Under the pieces are notes generated by a model. The model did no database searches, was not told the origin of the DNA, and saw nothing but the letters and a program-made list of their open reading frames with translations. A stretch of DNA of 64,000 bases, taken from assembly GCF_003334305.1 (NCBI RefSeq), contig NZ_QOWS01000005.1. The stretch is one strand, 5' to 3'. The translations under genes were made by a program, and so were the position numbers. The DNA is from Escherichia coli. GTDB lineage: Bacteria; Pseudomonadota; Gammaproteobacteria; Enterobacterales; Enterobacteriaceae. Positions 46,875 through 58,106 of the stretch are shown one piece after another (position 1 is the stretch's first letter; every line of letters starts with the position of its first letter).

Positions 46875-46887
46875 GGAACAATAGATT

Positions 46888-47418
46888 ATGAAATACAATA
46901 ACGTTATTTTCCTCGGTTTATGTCTGGGGTTAACCACCTATTCTGCTTTATCCGCAGATAGCGTTATTAAAATTAGCGGGCGCGTCCTCGATTATGGCTG
47001 CACAGTCTCATCGGATTCGCTTAATTTTACCGTAGATCTCCAAAAAAACAGTGCCAGACAATTTCCAACGACCGGTAGCACAAGTCCAGCCGTCCCTTTT
47101 CAGATTACGTTAAGTGAATGCAGCAAAGGGACAACGGGGGTTCGGGTTGCATTTAACGGTATTGAGGATGCAGAAAATAATACTCTGTTGAAACTGGATG
47201 AGGGAAGCAATACGGCCTCCGGTTTAGGTATAGAAATACTGGACGGAAATATGCGTCCGGTGAAACTGAATGACCTTCATGCCGGGATGCAGTGGATCCC
47301 ACTGGTACCAGAACAGAACAATATTTTGCCTTACTCCGCTCGTCTGAAGTCAACTCAGAAGTCCGTCAATCCGGGACTGGTGAGGGCTTCGGCAACCTTT
47401 ACCCTTGAATTTCAATAA
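46888..47418 (+). CDS. ydeS: Fimbrial minor subunit (FimF-like, 176 aa)
   Basis: Signal peptide, pilin fold, conserved Cys pair. Confidence 0.8.
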   Translation: MKYNNVIFLGLCLGLTTYSALSADSVIKISGRVLDYGCTVSSDSLNFTVDLQKNSARQFPTTGSTSPAVPFQITLSECSKGTTGVRVAFNGIEDAENNTLLKLDEGSNTASGLGIEILDGNMRPVKLNDLHAGMQWIPLVPEQNNILPYSARLKSTQKSVNPGLVRASATFTLEFQ

Positions 47419-47430
47419 TCAGAGTCAGAT

Positions 47431-47934
47431 ATGAAAAGACTTCACAAGAGGTTCCTGTTAGCTACGTTTTGCGCGTTATTCACAGCAACTCTCCAGGCCG
47501 CCGATGTCACTATCACTGTTAATGGTCGGGTAGTCGCTAAACCCTGCACTATTCAAACCAAAGAAGCTAACGTTAATCTCGGGGATCTTTATACGCGCAA
47601 TCTGCAACAACCTGGTTCTGCATCTGGCTGGCACAATATTACTTTGTCATTAACCGATTGTCCGGTTGAAACAAGTGCAGTGACGGCAATCGTGACAGGT
47701 TCAACTGACAATACGGGTTATTACAAAAATGAAGGTACTGCCGAAAATATTCAGATAGAGCTGAGGGATGACCAGGATGCGACGTTAAAAAATGGCGATA
47801 GCAAAACGGTTATTGTTGATGAGATCACTCGTAATGCACAGTTTCCACTTAAGGCAAGAGCTATCACGGTGAATGGAAACGCAAGCCAGGGAACGATCGA
47901 GGCGCTAATCAATGTGATCTACACCTGGCAATAA
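47431..47934 (+). CDS. ydeR: Fimbrial minor subunit (FimG-like, 167 aa)
   Basis: Signal peptide, pilin fold, conserved Cys pair. Confidence 0.8.
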   Translation: MKRLHKRFLLATFCALFTATLQAADVTITVNGRVVAKPCTIQTKEANVNLGDLYTRNLQQPGSASGWHNITLSLTDCPVETSAVTAIVTGSTDNTGYYKNEGTAENIQIELRDDQDATLKNGDSKTVIVDEITRNAQFPLKARAITVNGNASQGTIEALINVIYTWQ

Positions 47935-47993
47935 CGTCGATTCGATTTTCTTAGCCTTCTTTTTAAATCAATTTTTTAACCTTAGGATATATC

Positions 47994-48908
47994 ATGGGTA
48001 AAACAATCAGTATAAAGGTCCTGTTCGGTATTTATCTTCTATTAATGGCAGGTAAAGTTTTTGCCTTCAGTTGTAATGTCGATGGCGGGTCAAGTATTGG
48101 AGCTGGTACAACCTCTGTTTATGTTAATCTCGACCCTGTAATACAGCCGGGCCAGAATCTGGTTGTAGACTTGTCTCAGCATATAAGTTGCTGGAATGAT
48201 TACGGCGGCTGGTACGACACTGATCATATAAACCTGGTACAAGGCTCAGCTTTCGCAGGCTCTCTACAGTCATATAAAGGATCGCTGTACTGGAATAATG
48301 TGACCTACCCCTTCCCGTTGACGACAAATACCAACGTATTGGATATTGGTGATAAGACACCGATGCCATTACCGTTAAAACTCTATATTACCCCAGTCGG
48401 GGCGGCCGGTGGAGTTGTCATAAAAGCCGGGGAAGTTATTGCCCGTATTCATATGTATAAAATTGCAACATTAGGAAGCGGAAATCCGCGTAATTTTACG
48501 TGGAATATTATTTCAAATAACAGTGTTGTTATGCCAACAGGCGGCTGCACTGTTGATAGTCGTAATGTCACCGTGGATCTCCCGGACTTTCCTGGAAGCG
48601 CAGAAATACCCCTTGGCGTATATTGCTCAAGCGAACAAAAGCTCTCATTTTATCTTTCGGGTGCCACCACTGACAGTGCCCGACAAGTGTTTGCTAACAC
48701 AGCACCTGATGCAACAAAAGCATCGGGAGTGGGTGTCTCTCTGATGCGTAATGGAAAAATACTGGCTACGGGAGAAAATGTCTCCCTGGGAACAGTAAAT
48801 AAAAGCAAAGTACCTCTGGGTTTAAGCGCAACCTATGGACAAACAGGAAACAAGGTTTCAGCCGGAACCGTCCAGTCAGTCATTGGTGTCACTTTTATCT
48901 ATGAATAA
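47994..48908 (+). CDS. ydeQ: Two-domain FimH-like tip adhesin (304 aa)
   Basis: Signal peptide, N-terminal lectin-like domain with Cys pair, C-terminal pilin domain; last gene of the operon. Confidence 0.8.
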   Translation: MGKTISIKVLFGIYLLLMAGKVFAFSCNVDGGSSIGAGTTSVYVNLDPVIQPGQNLVVDLSQHISCWNDYGGWYDTDHINLVQGSAFAGSLQSYKGSLYWNNVTYPFPLTTNTNVLDIGDKTPMPLPLKLYITPVGAAGGVVIKAGEVIARIHMYKIATLGSGNPRNFTWNIISNNSVVMPTGGCTVDSRNVTVDLPDFPGSAEIPLGVYCSSEQKLSFYLSGATTDSARQVFANTAPDATKASGVGVSLMRNGKILATGENVSLGTVNKSKVPLGLSATYGQTGNKVSAGTVQSVIGVTFIYE

Positions 48909-48980
48909 TTGTGATTTTGATCTTAGTCTATGCGCTCCATTCACGAAAATTGCGCGGATAATTATTTTGTAAAGGCTATT

Positions 48981-48998
48981 ATCCTACACCTGTAAGAA
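48981..48998 (+). promoter_or_regulatory. EvgA box (ATCCTACA-CC-TGTAAGAA) upstream of ydeP
   Basis: Matches the 18-bp EvgA consensus TTCYTACA-NN-TGTARGAA at 15/16 positions. Confidence 0.7.
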
Positions 48999-49241
48999 AA
49001 TCCGCGCACAATTGAAGCCAGAGTCTTATTTTTTATATTGAAAAATATGTTAATTTAAACACTATGAGAGATGATGCTTAACTTATCGTATTTAATCTAT
49101 TGTTTAACGATAATAGATTAAAAATAGAAAGAGAGTAGTCCCCTACTCTTATATATCCATGTTGGCGATAATCCCTTTGTATATACTGTGCATCATCGCT
49201 ATTACAAATCCTAATAATTCATTTCCACACAGGATAAGTAG

Positions 49242-51521
49242 ATGAAGAAAAAAATTGAATCCTACCAGGGTGCTGCCGGTGGTTGGGGTGCTGTTAAATC
49301 CGTAGCGAATGCAGTACGTAAGCAGATGGATATACGCCAGGATGTTATTGCCATGTTTGACATGAATAAGCCAGAGGGCTTTGACTGTCCGGGTTGTGCA
49401 TGGCCAGATCCTAAGCACAGTGCGTCATTCGACATTTGTGAAAACGGCGCAAAAGCAATCGCCTGGGAAGTCACGGATAAGCAGGTAAATGCCTCTTTCT
49501 TTGCTGAGAATACGGTTCAATCATTACTTACCTGGGGAGATCACGAGCTTGAGGCTGCGGGACGTCTCACTCAGCCTTTGAAATATGATGCTGTCAGCGA
49601 CTGTTACAAGCCATTAAGCTGGCAACAAGCTTTCGACGAAATTGGCGCACGCCTTCAAAGCTATAGTGATCCCAATCAGGTTGAATTCTATACTTCGGGC
49701 CGCACTTCCAATGAAGCTGCCTTTCTTTATCAGCTTTTTGCCCGTGAATACGGGAGTAATAACTTTCCCGACTGCTCCAACATGTGCCATGAACCGACCA
49801 GTGTGGGTTTGGCAGCGAGTATCGGTGTGGGTAAAGGGACTGTGTTGCTGGAAGACTTTGAGAAGTGCGATTTAGTCATTTGCATTGGGCATAACCCTGG
49901 TACAAACCACCCCCGCATGCTGACTTCGTTGCGCGCTTTAGTGAAACGGGGAGCGAAAATGATCGCCATCAATCCTCTACAGGAACGTGGCCTGGAGCGA
50001 TTTACCGCACCGCAAAACCCGTTTGAAATGCTGACGAACTCTGAGACTCAGTTGGCTAGTGCCTACTATAACGTGCGCATTGGTGGCGATATGGCGTTGC
50101 TCAAGGGGATGATGCGCCTGTTAATTGAGCGCGATGATGCTGCAAGTGCCGCAGGTCGGCCCTCATTGCTGGATGACGAATTTATTCAAACGCATACCGT
50201 CGGCTTTGACGAGCTACGCCGTGACGTTCTCAATTCCGAGTGGAAAGATATCGAACGTATTTCTGGATTAAGTCAGACTCAAATCGCCGAACTGGCTGAT
50301 GCATATGCCGCTGCCGAACGAACCATTATCTGTTACGGAATGGGGATCACTCAGCACGAACATGGTACCCAGAATGTACAGCAACTGGTCAATCTGCTGT
50401 TGATGAAAGGTAACATTGGCAAGCCTGGTGCGGGTATCTGCCCACTACGTGGCCACTCTAATGTACAGGGCGACCGAACCGTCGGTATCACCGAGAAACC
50501 GTCTGCAGAGTTTCTGGCTCGCCTGGGTGAGCGCTATGGCTTCACACCACCTCAAGCACCTGGACATGCTGCAATTGCCAGCATGCAAGCAATATGTACA
50601 GGGCAGGCTCGAGCATTGATCTGCATGGGGGGCAACTTTGCACTGGCAATGCCAGATCGGGAAGCGAGCGCTGTACCGTTAACGCAATTAGATCTGGCGG
50701 TACACGTAGCCACTAAGCTTAACCGCTCTCATCTGCTGACCGCACGGCATAGCTATATTCTGCCGGTTCTGGGGCGTAGCGAGATTGATATGCAAAAAAG
50801 CGGTGCGCAGGCGGTAACCGTTGAGGATTCAATGTCGATGATTCATGCCTCGCGTGGCGTGTTAAAACCCGCCGGTGTAATGCTGAAATCAGAGTGTGCT
50901 GTGGTCGCGGGAATCGCCCAGGCAACACTACCCCAGAGCGTGGTAGCCTGGGAGTATCTGGTGGAAGATTATGATCGCATTCGCAATGACATTGAAGCTG
51001 TGCTGCCAGAGTTCGCCGACTATAACCAGCGCATCCGTCATCCCGGTGGTTTTCACCTGATAAATGCAGCTGCTGAAAGGCGCTGGATGACGCCGTCAGG
51101 TAAGGCTAATTTCATTACCAGCAAAGGGCTGTTAGAAGATCCCTCTTCAGCGTTTAACAGTAAGCTGGTCATGGCGACAGTACGCAGCCACGATCAGTAC
51201 AACACGACGATTTATGGTATGGATGATCGCTATCGAGGGGTATTCGGTCAACGAGATGTGGTCTTTATGAGTGCTAAACAAGCTAAAATTTGCCGTGTAA
51301 AAAACGGCGAAAGAGTTAATCTTATTGCGCTTACGCCAGACGGTAAGCGCAGCTCACGCCGCATGGATAGATTAAAAGTGGTCATTTACCCTATGGCTGA
51401 CCGCTCACTGGTGACCTATTTTCCAGAATCGAATCACATGCTAACTCTTGATAACCACGATCCATTAAGTGGCATTCCTGGTTATAAAAGTATTCCGGTT
51501 GAATTAGAACCATCAAATTAA
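49242..51521 (+). CDS. ydeP: Molybdopterin-dependent oxidoreductase YdeP (acid-resistance protein, 759 aa)
   Basis: Formate-dehydrogenase-like molybdopterin enzyme fold with N-terminal Cys cluster; downstream of an EvgA box. Confidence 0.9.
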   Translation: MKKKIESYQGAAGGWGAVKSVANAVRKQMDIRQDVIAMFDMNKPEGFDCPGCAWPDPKHSASFDICENGAKAIAWEVTDKQVNASFFAENTVQSLLTWGDHELEAAGRLTQPLKYDAVSDCYKPLSWQQAFDEIGARLQSYSDPNQVEFYTSGRTSNEAAFLYQLFAREYGSNNFPDCSNMCHEPTSVGLAASIGVGKGTVLLEDFEKCDLVICIGHNPGTNHPRMLTSLRALVKRGAKMIAINPLQERGLERFTAPQNPFEMLTNSETQLASAYYNVRIGGDMALLKGMMRLLIERDDAASAAGRPSLLDDEFIQTHTVGFDELRRDVLNSEWKDIERISGLSQTQIAELADAYAAAERTIICYGMGITQHEHGTQNVQQLVNLLLMKGNIGKPGAGICPLRGHSNVQGDRTVGITEKPSAEFLARLGERYGFTPPQAPGHAAIASMQAICTGQARALICMGGNFALAMPDREASAVPLTQLDLAVHVATKLNRSHLLTARHSYILPVLGRSEIDMQKSGAQAVTVEDSMSMIHASRGVLKPAGVMLKSECAVVAGIAQATLPQSVVAWEYLVEDYDRIRNDIEAVLPEFADYNQRIRHPGGFHLINAAAERRWMTPSGKANFITSKGLLEDPSSAFNSKLVMATVRSHDQYNTTIYGMDDRYRGVFGQRDVVFMSAKQAKICRVKNGERVNLIALTPDGKRSSRRMDRLKVVIYPMADRSLVTYFPESNHMLTLDNHDPLSGIPGYKSIPVELEPSN

Positions 51522-51534
51522 TTCGCCTCCTCAT

Positions 51535-51572
51535 TTCTTCTGCTGTCATCCGCACAGCAGAAGAATTTCTCA
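51535..51572 (+). terminator. Strong intrinsic terminator after ydeP (12-bp perfect stem + T-run)
   Basis: ttcttctgctgt-catccgc-acagcagaagaa followed by tttct. Confidence 0.7.
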
Positions 51573-51639
51573 TTGACTATTATCGCGCAATTTGCTCACA
51601 TTGATTAAATTAAACCACACACTATAAGATATAAACCTC

Positions 51640-51657
51640 TGCCTACAGCTGTAAGAA
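51640..51657 (+). promoter_or_regulatory. EvgA box (TGCCTACA-GC-TGTAAGAA) upstream of safA-ydeO
   Basis: Matches the EvgA consensus at 15/16 positions; 112 bp upstream of safA. Confidence 0.7.
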
Positions 51658-51768
51658 ACTCCGCTCAGTACTGAAGTGCCAGTCCTATTTCCTCTTTTCT
51701 CCAGCCTGTTATATTAAGCATACTGATTAACGATTTTTAACGTTATCCGCTAAATAAACATATTTGAA

Positions 51769-51966
51769 ATGCATGCGACCACAGTGAAAAACAAAATCAC
51801 GCAAAGAGACAACTATAAAGAAATCATGTCTGTAATTGTGGTTGTCTTATTACTGACCCTTACGTTGATAGCCATTTTTTCGGCAATTGATCAGCTGGGT
51901 ATTTCAGAAATGGGTCGCATTGCAAGAGATCTTACACATTTCATTATCAATAGTTTGCAAGACTGA
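51769..51966 (+). CDS. safA: Two-component connector SafA (65 aa membrane protein)
   Basis: 65-aa single-TM protein immediately upstream of ydeO. Confidence 0.8.
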   Translation: MHATTVKNKITQRDNYKEIMSVIVVVLLLTLTLIAIFSAIDQLGISEMGRIARDLTHFIINSLQD

Positions 51967-52040
51967 AAATAAACAGCAAATTATAAATATGAAATGTTAA
52001 AAAAGTATCGATAAAAACTTTATTGTTTTAAGGAGATAAA

Positions 52041-52802
52041 ATGTCGCTCGTTTGTTCTGTTATATTTATTCATCATGCCTTCAACGCTAACATTTTAGAT
52101 AAAGATTACGCCTTCTCTGACGGCGAGATCCTGATGGTAGATAACGCTGTTCGTACGCATTTTGAACCTTATGAGCGGCATTTTAAAGAGATCGGATTTA
52201 CTGAAAATACCATTAAAAAATATCTACAATGCACTAACATCCAGACAGTGACGGTGCCTGTTCCTGCGAAGTTTTTACGTGCTTCAAATGTACCGACTGG
52301 ATTGCTTAATGAAATGATTGCTTATCTCAACTCGGAAGAACGCAATCATCATAATTTTTCAGAACTTTTGCTTTTTTCTTGCCTGTCTATTTTTGCCGCA
52401 TGCAAAGGTTTCATTACACTATTAACTAACGGTGTGCTATCCGTTTCCGGAAAAGTGAGAAATATTGTCAACATGAAGCTGGCGCACCCATGGAAGCTGA
52501 AAGATATTTGTGACTGCCTGTACATCAGTGAAAGCCTGTTGAAGAAAAAACTAAAGCAAGAGCAAACGACATTCTCACAGATTCTATTAGATGCCAGAAT
52601 GCAGCACGCAAAAAATTTGATACGCGTAGAAGGTTCAGTCAATAAAATTGCCGAACAATGTGGTTATGCCAGTACATCTTATTTTATTTATGCGTTCCGC
52701 AAACATTTCGGCAACAGTCCGAAGAGAGTTTCTAAGGAGTACCGTTGTCAAAGTCACACGGGTATGAATACGGGCAACACGATGAGTGCTTTAGCTATTT
52801 GA
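52041..52802 (+). CDS. ydeO: AraC-family acid-resistance regulator YdeO (253 aa)
   Basis: C-terminal AraC HTH (GYASTSYFIYAFRKHFGNSPKR). Confidence 0.9.
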   Translation: MSLVCSVIFIHHAFNANILDKDYAFSDGEILMVDNAVRTHFEPYERHFKEIGFTENTIKKYLQCTNIQTVTVPVPAKFLRASNVPTGLLNEMIAYLNSEERNHHNFSELLLFSCLSIFAACKGFITLLTNGVLSVSGKVRNIVNMKLAHPWKLKDICDCLYISESLLKKKLKQEQTTFSQILLDARMQHAKNLIRVEGSVNKIAEQCGYASTSYFIYAFRKHFGNSPKRVSKEYRCQSHTGMNTGNTMSALAI

Positions 52803-52850
52803 TTATTTGCTAACGAGTAGTCAACCACGCACGCTACGTAAGAATTATAT

Positions 52851-52883
52851 GGGGCAGCCATTCCCTGCCCCGCGTTGTTTTTA
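52851..52883 (+). terminator. Intrinsic terminator after ydeO
   Basis: ggggcag-ccattcc-ctgcccc followed by gcgttgttttta. Confidence 0.6.
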
Positions 52884-53203
52884 GGCGATATATTTATTGA
52901 AATAAATAAGTGACATCCATCACATATTTATGCACTTGCATAACCTGTTGCATGATTATTTATGATCTCAATTCGGCATTTTGTCAGTAAAATGCAATAA
53001 TTTATTAAATATCAATAAATTAGTTGTTTATCGGCGAGAAATTACTTAATAGAACAGAAAGTAATGTCAACGCTTTATGGACTGTTATTTCCCTTTTTTT
53101 AGCTAAATCTGCTATCTCTTTATGTGACTAACTTCACTTACATCCACTTATTTCTCTTCGTAAAATTACTTCGGAATTAAGTACAATAAGAAGAGGAACA
53201 TTT

Positions 53204-54886
53204 ATGAAGTCTGCATTAAAGAAAAGTGTCGTAAGTACCTCGATATCTTTGATACTGGCATCTGGTATGGCTGCATTTGCTGCTCATGCGGCAGATGATG
53301 TAAAGCTGAAAGCAACCAAAACAAACGTTGCTTTCTCAGACTTTACGCCGACTGAATACAGTACCAAAGGAAAGCCAAATATTATCGTACTAACCATGGA
53401 TGATCTTGGTTATGGACAACTTCCTTTTGATAAGGGATCTTTTGACCCAAAAACAATGGAAAATCGTGAAGTTGTCGATACCTACAAAATAGGGATAGAT
53501 AAAGCCATTGAAGCTGCACAAAAATCAACGCCGACGCTCCTTTCATTAATGGATGAAGGCGTACGGTTTACTAACGGCTATGTGGCACACGGTGTTTCCG
53601 GCCCCTCCCGTGCCGCAATAATGACCGGTCGAGCTCCCGCCCGCTTTGGTGTCTATTCCAATACAGATGCTCAGGATGGTATTCCGCTAACAGAAACTTT
53701 CTTGCCTGAATTATTCCAGAATCATGGTTATTACACTGCAGCAGTAGGTAAATGGCACTTGTCAAAAATCAGTAATGTGCCGGTACCGGAAGATAAACAA
53801 ACGCGTGACTATCATGACAACTTCACCACATTTTCTGCGGAAGAATGGCAACCTCAAAACCGTGGCTTTGATTACTTTATGGGATTCCACGCTGCAGGAA
53901 CGGCATATTACAACTCCCCTTCACTGTTCAAAAATCGTGAACGTGTCCCCGCAAAAGGTTATATCAGCGATCAGTTAACCGATGAGGCAATTGGCGTTGT
54001 TGATCGTGCCAAAACACTTGACCAGCCTTTTATGCTTTACCTGGCTTATAATGCTCCGCACCTGCCAAATGATAATCCTGCACCGGATCAATATCAGAAG
54101 CAATTTAATACCGGTAGTCAAACAGCAGATAACTACTACGCTTCCGTTTATTCTGTTGATCAGGGTGTAAAACGCATTCTCGAACAACTGAAGAAAAACG
54201 GACAGTATGACAATACAATTATTCTCTTTACCTCCGATAATGGTGCGGTTATCGATGGTCCTCTGCCGCTGAACGGGGCGCAAAAAGGCTATAAGAGTCA
54301 GACCTATCCTGGCGGTACTCACACCCCAATGTTTATGTGGTGGAAAGGAAAACTTCAACCCGGTAATTATGACAAGCTGATTTCCGCAATGGATTTCTAC
54401 CCGACAGCTCTTGATGCAGCCGATATCAGCATTCCAAAAGACCTTAAGCTGGATGGCGTTTCCTTGCTGCCCTGGTTGCAAGATAAGAAACAAGGCGAGC
54501 CACATAAAAATCTGACCTGGATAACCTCTTATTCTCACTGGTTTGACGAGGAAAATATTCCATTCTGGGATAATTACCACAAATTTGTTCGCCATCAGTC
54601 AGACGATTACCCGCATAACCCCAACACTGAGGACTTAAGCCAATTCTCTTATACGGTGAGAAATAACGATTATTCGCTTGTCTATACAGTAGAAAACAAT
54701 CAGTTAGGTCTCTACAAACTGACGGATCTACAGCAAAAAGATAACCTTGCCGCCGCCAATCCGCAGGTCGTTAAAGAGATGCAAGGCGTGGTAAGAGAGT
54801 TTATCGACAGCAGCCAGCCACCGCTTAGCGAGGTAAATCAGGAGAAGTTTAACAATATCAAGAAAGCACTAAGCGAAGCGAAATAA
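53204..54886 (+). CDS. ydeN: Periplasmic sulfatase YdeN (560 aa)
   Basis: Signal peptide; sulfatase active-site region with Ser in place of Cys (HGVSGPSRAAIMTGR), implying the Ser-type, maturase-dependent class. Confidence 0.9.
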   Translation: MKSALKKSVVSTSISLILASGMAAFAAHAADDVKLKATKTNVAFSDFTPTEYSTKGKPNIIVLTMDDLGYGQLPFDKGSFDPKTMENREVVDTYKIGIDKAIEAAQKSTPTLLSLMDEGVRFTNGYVAHGVSGPSRAAIMTGRAPARFGVYSNTDAQDGIPLTETFLPELFQNHGYYTAAVGKWHLSKISNVPVPEDKQTRDYHDNFTTFSAEEWQPQNRGFDYFMGFHAAGTAYYNSPSLFKNRERVPAKGYISDQLTDEAIGVVDRAKTLDQPFMLYLAYNAPHLPNDNPAPDQYQKQFNTGSQTADNYYASVYSVDQGVKRILEQLKKNGQYDNTIILFTSDNGAVIDGPLPLNGAQKGYKSQTYPGGTHTPMFMWWKGKLQPGNYDKLISAMDFYPTALDAADISIPKDLKLDGVSLLPWLQDKKQGEPHKNLTWITSYSHWFDEENIPFWDNYHKFVRHQSDDYPHNPNTEDLSQFSYTVRNNDYSLVYTVENNQLGLYKLTDLQQKDNLAAANPQVVKEMQGVVREFIDSSQPPLSEVNQEKFNNIKKALSEAK

Positions 54887-54937
54887 CTAAACCTTCATGC
54901 GGCGGAATTTTCCGCCGCCTTATTGAGCGAGATAGCG

Positions 54938-56095
54938 ATGCACGTTACAGCCAAGCCCTCCAGTTTTCAATGTAATCTCAAATGTGATTACTGTTTTTAC
55001 CTTGAAAAAGAGTCGCAGTTTACTCATGAAAAATGGATGGATGACAGCACTCTGAAAGAGTTCATCAAACAATATATCGCAGCGTCTGGCAATCTGGTCT
55101 ATTTTACCTGGCAAGGCGGTGAACCCACTCTGGCTGGCCTGGATTTTTTCCGTAAAGTTATTCACTATCAACAACGCTATGCAGGCCAAAAACGTATTTT
55201 TAATGCATTACAAACGAATGGCATTTTATTGAATAATGAATGGTGTGCCTTTCTCAAAGAACATGAATTTCTGGTTGGTATCTCGATCGATGGCCCCCAG
55301 GAGTTACATGACCGTTACAGACGCAGTAATTCAGGTAACGGTACTTTTGCAAAAGTGATAGCAGCCATCGAGCGTCTGAAATCATATCAAGTAGAGTTTA
55401 ATACGTTAACCGTCATTAATAACGTTAATGTCCATTACCCTCTTGAGGTTTATCATTTTTTAAAATCTATCGGCAGTAAACATATGCAATTTATCGAATT
55501 GCTAGAAACCGGGACGCCGAATATTGATTTCAGTGGTCATAGTGAGAACACATTCCGTATCATTGATTTTTCTGTGCCTCCCACGGCTTATGGCAAGTTT
55601 ATGTCAACCATTTTTATGCAATGGGTTAAAAACGATGTGGGTGAAATTTTCATCCGTCAGTTTGAAAGCTTTGTCAGCCGTTTTTTGGGGAATGGGCATA
55701 CCAGTTGTATTTTCCAGGAGTCCTGCAAGGATAATCTGGTTGTTGAAAGTAATGGAGATATTTATGAATGCGACCATTTTGTCTATCCACAGTACAAAAT
55801 TGGAAACATTAATAAATCTGAACTCAAAACGATGAACAGTGTACAACTGACAGCGCAAAAAAAACGGATTTCAGCGAAATGTCTGAAATGTGCATATAAA
55901 CCTATCTGCAATGGCGGTTGTCCTAAGCATCGTATTACTAAAGTAAACAATGAGACTGTTTCTTATTTTTGCGAAGGTTATAAAATCCTTTTTTCAACCA
56001 TGGTACCTTATATGAACGCCATGGTGGAGTTAGCTAAGAACAGAGTACCGCTTTACCACATTATGGATGTTGCAAAACAAATGGAGAATAATTAA
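54938..56095 (+). CDS. ydeM: Anaerobic sulfatase-maturating radical-SAM enzyme YdeM (385 aa)
   Basis: Radical-SAM CxxxCxxC motif ([10 protein letters not shown]) plus C-terminal SPASM-type Cys clusters. Confidence 0.9.
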   Translation: MHVTAKPSSFQCNLKCDYCFYLEKESQFTHEKWMDDSTLKEFIKQYIAASGNLVYFTWQGGEPTLAGLDFFRKVIHYQQRYAGQKRIFNALQTNGILLNNEWCAFLKEHEFLVGISIDGPQELHDRYRRSNSGNGTFAKVIAAIERLKSYQVEFNTLTVINNVNVHYPLEVYHFLKSIGSKHMQFIELLETGTPNIDFSGHSENTFRIIDFSVPPTAYGKFMSTIFMQWVKNDVGEIFIRQFESFVSRFLGNGHTSCIFQESCKDNLVVESNGDIYECDHFVYPQYKIGNINKSELKTMNSVQLTAQKKRISAKCLKCAYKPICNGGCPKHRITKVNNETVSYFCEGYKILFSTMVPYMNAMVELAKNRVPLYHIMDVAKQMENN

Positions 56096-56146
56096 TAACG
56101 CTCTCTTAGCTCCAGTCTTAGCCTGCTTCTTATGACCTTAACAAGG

Positions 56147-56178
56147 CACCCGACATAAATTCCTGTCGGGTGTTTCGT
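56147..56178 (+). terminator. Intrinsic terminator after ydeM
   Basis: 9-bp perfect stem cacccgaca / tgtcgggtg followed by tttcgtc. Confidence 0.6.
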
Positions 56179-56383
56179 CATCATCATCTTCCCTTGCGAA
56201 AATCCTGGCTTACGTGGTATGCATCAGGGCATTAGCAATATCCTTGATTATCAATAGCATAACTATAACCACTGAAAATGAAATATTCCTTTATATTTCA
56301 TATTGTTAAATGATACTTAAATAAATTTCATCAGTAAATCATTGCCATAGATAATCATTGGATGGCACAATCAATTTTCGCTA

Positions 56384-58069
56384 ATGATAACCATTCCCAT
56401 TACGTTTTGTATGTTGATAGCAAAGTATCTCTGTCTGTTGAAGCCCTTTTGGCTGCGTAAGAATAATAAAACTTCAGTGCTGTTAATCATTATTATCCTC
56501 GCCATGATCCTTGGCGTGGTTAAAATTCAGGTCTGGTTAAACGACTGGAATAATGATTTTTTCAATGCGCTAAGCCAGAAAGAAACCGATAAGCTTTGGC
56601 AGCTTGTCCTTTGGTTCCCTGCCCTGCTGGGGATCTTTGTATTAATATCCGTGAACAAAACATGGTTAATTAAACTGCTGACTATTCGCTGGCGCGAATG
56701 GTTAACAGATTACTACCTTAATCGCTGGTTTGCAGATAAAAACTACTACTTCACGCAGATCTACGGCGAGCATAAAAATACAGATAACCCTGACCAACGT
56801 ATCGCTGAAGACATTCTCTTACTAATCAGCAAAACGCTCAGTCTTTCATTTGGCTTCATCCAGTCACTTAGCATGCTGATCACCTTTACCGTTATTCTTT
56901 GGCAAAGCGCGGGTACGCTCTCATTCACTGTTGGTGGAACAGAATGGAATATCCAGGGGTATATGGTCTATACCGTTGTGCTCATTGTGATCGGTGGAAC
57001 TTTATTTACCCATAAGGTTGGTAAGCGTATTCGTCCGCTTAATGTGGAAAAACAACGTAGCGAAGCGACATTTCGAACTAATCTTGTGCAGCATAATAAG
57101 CAGGCAGAACTGATTGCGCTAAGCAATGCTGAGTCTCTACAACGCCAGGAGTTGAGCGACAATTTTCATACCATTAAAGAGAACTGGCATCGTTTAATGA
57201 ATCGTCAGCGGTGGCTTGATTACTGGCAAAATATTTATTCGCGCTCGCTTAGCGTTCTTCCCTACTTTCTGTTATTGCCGCAGTTTATTAGCGGGCAGAT
57301 CAATCTGGGCGGACTGATGAAATCGCGCCAGGCATTTATGCTAGTATCGAACAATTTAAGCTGGTTTATTTATAAATATGATGAACTTGCTGAACTGGCT
57401 GCGGTTATCGATCGCTTGTATGAGTTCCATCAACTCACTGAACAGCGCCCTACGAATAAGCCTAAAAATTGCCAACATGCGGTACAAGTGGCTAATGCGA
57501 GTATTCGTACGCCTGATAATAAGATCATATTAGAGAACTTGAACTTTCATGTTTCGCCAGGCAAATGGCTATTACTGAAAGGCTACTCTGGTGCGGGAAA
57601 AACCACACTGCTTAAAACATTATCCCACTGCTGGCCGTGGTTTAAAGGTGATATTTTTTCTCCTGCTGACAGTTGGTATGTGTCACAAACACCGTTAATC
57701 AAAACCGGCTTACTGAAAGAGATTATTTGTAAAGCACTTCCCCTGCCCGTAGACGATAAATCGTTGAGCGAAGTACTGCATCAGGTTGGTCTGGGGAAAT
57801 TGGCTGCGCGTATTCATGACCACGATCGCTGGGGAGATATTCTTTCCAGCGGCGAAAAACAACGTATCGCCCTGGCACGATTAATTTTACGACGTCCGAA
57901 ATGGATATTTCTTGACGAAACTACCTCTCATCTTGAGGAACAAGAGGCTATACGCTTACTGCGTTTAGTGCGTGAAAAACTACCCACAAGCGGCGTCATT
58001 ATGGTTACACATCAACCCGGTGTCTGGAACCTGGCTGATGATATTTGTGACATTAGCACGGTTTTATAA
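56384..58069 (+). CDS. yddA: Fused ABC transporter permease/ATPase YddA (561 aa)
   Basis: N-terminal TM domain and C-terminal ABC ATPase (Walker A GYSGAGKTT, signature LSSGEKQR). Confidence 0.9.
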   Translation: MITIPITFCMLIAKYLCLLKPFWLRKNNKTSVLLIIIILAMILGVVKIQVWLNDWNNDFFNALSQKETDKLWQLVLWFPALLGIFVLISVNKTWLIKLLTIRWREWLTDYYLNRWFADKNYYFTQIYGEHKNTDNPDQRIAEDILLLISKTLSLSFGFIQSLSMLITFTVILWQSAGTLSFTVGGTEWNIQGYMVYTVVLIVIGGTLFTHKVGKRIRPLNVEKQRSEATFRTNLVQHNKQAELIALSNAESLQRQELSDNFHTIKENWHRLMNRQRWLDYWQNIYSRSLSVLPYFLLLPQFISGQINLGGLMKSRQAFMLVSNNLSWFIYKYDELAELAAVIDRLYEFHQLTEQRPTNKPKNCQHAVQVANASIRTPDNKIILENLNFHVSPGKWLLLKGYSGAGKTTLLKTLSHCWPWFKGDIFSPADSWYVSQTPLIKTGLLKEIICKALPLPVDDKSLSEVLHQVGLGKLAARIHDHDRWGDILSSGEKQRIALARLILRRPKWIFLDETTSHLEEQEAIRLLRLVREKLPTSGVIMVTHQPGVWNLADDICDISTVL

Positions 58070-58106
58070 CAACAATAAAAGCCCTGCTGTACGGAGATAT
58101 AAATAA

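Noticed and set aside
53975-54595. 206-aa minus-strand ORF antisense to ydeN
   Set aside because: Embedded in the sulfatase gene; low-complexity translation; no RBS.
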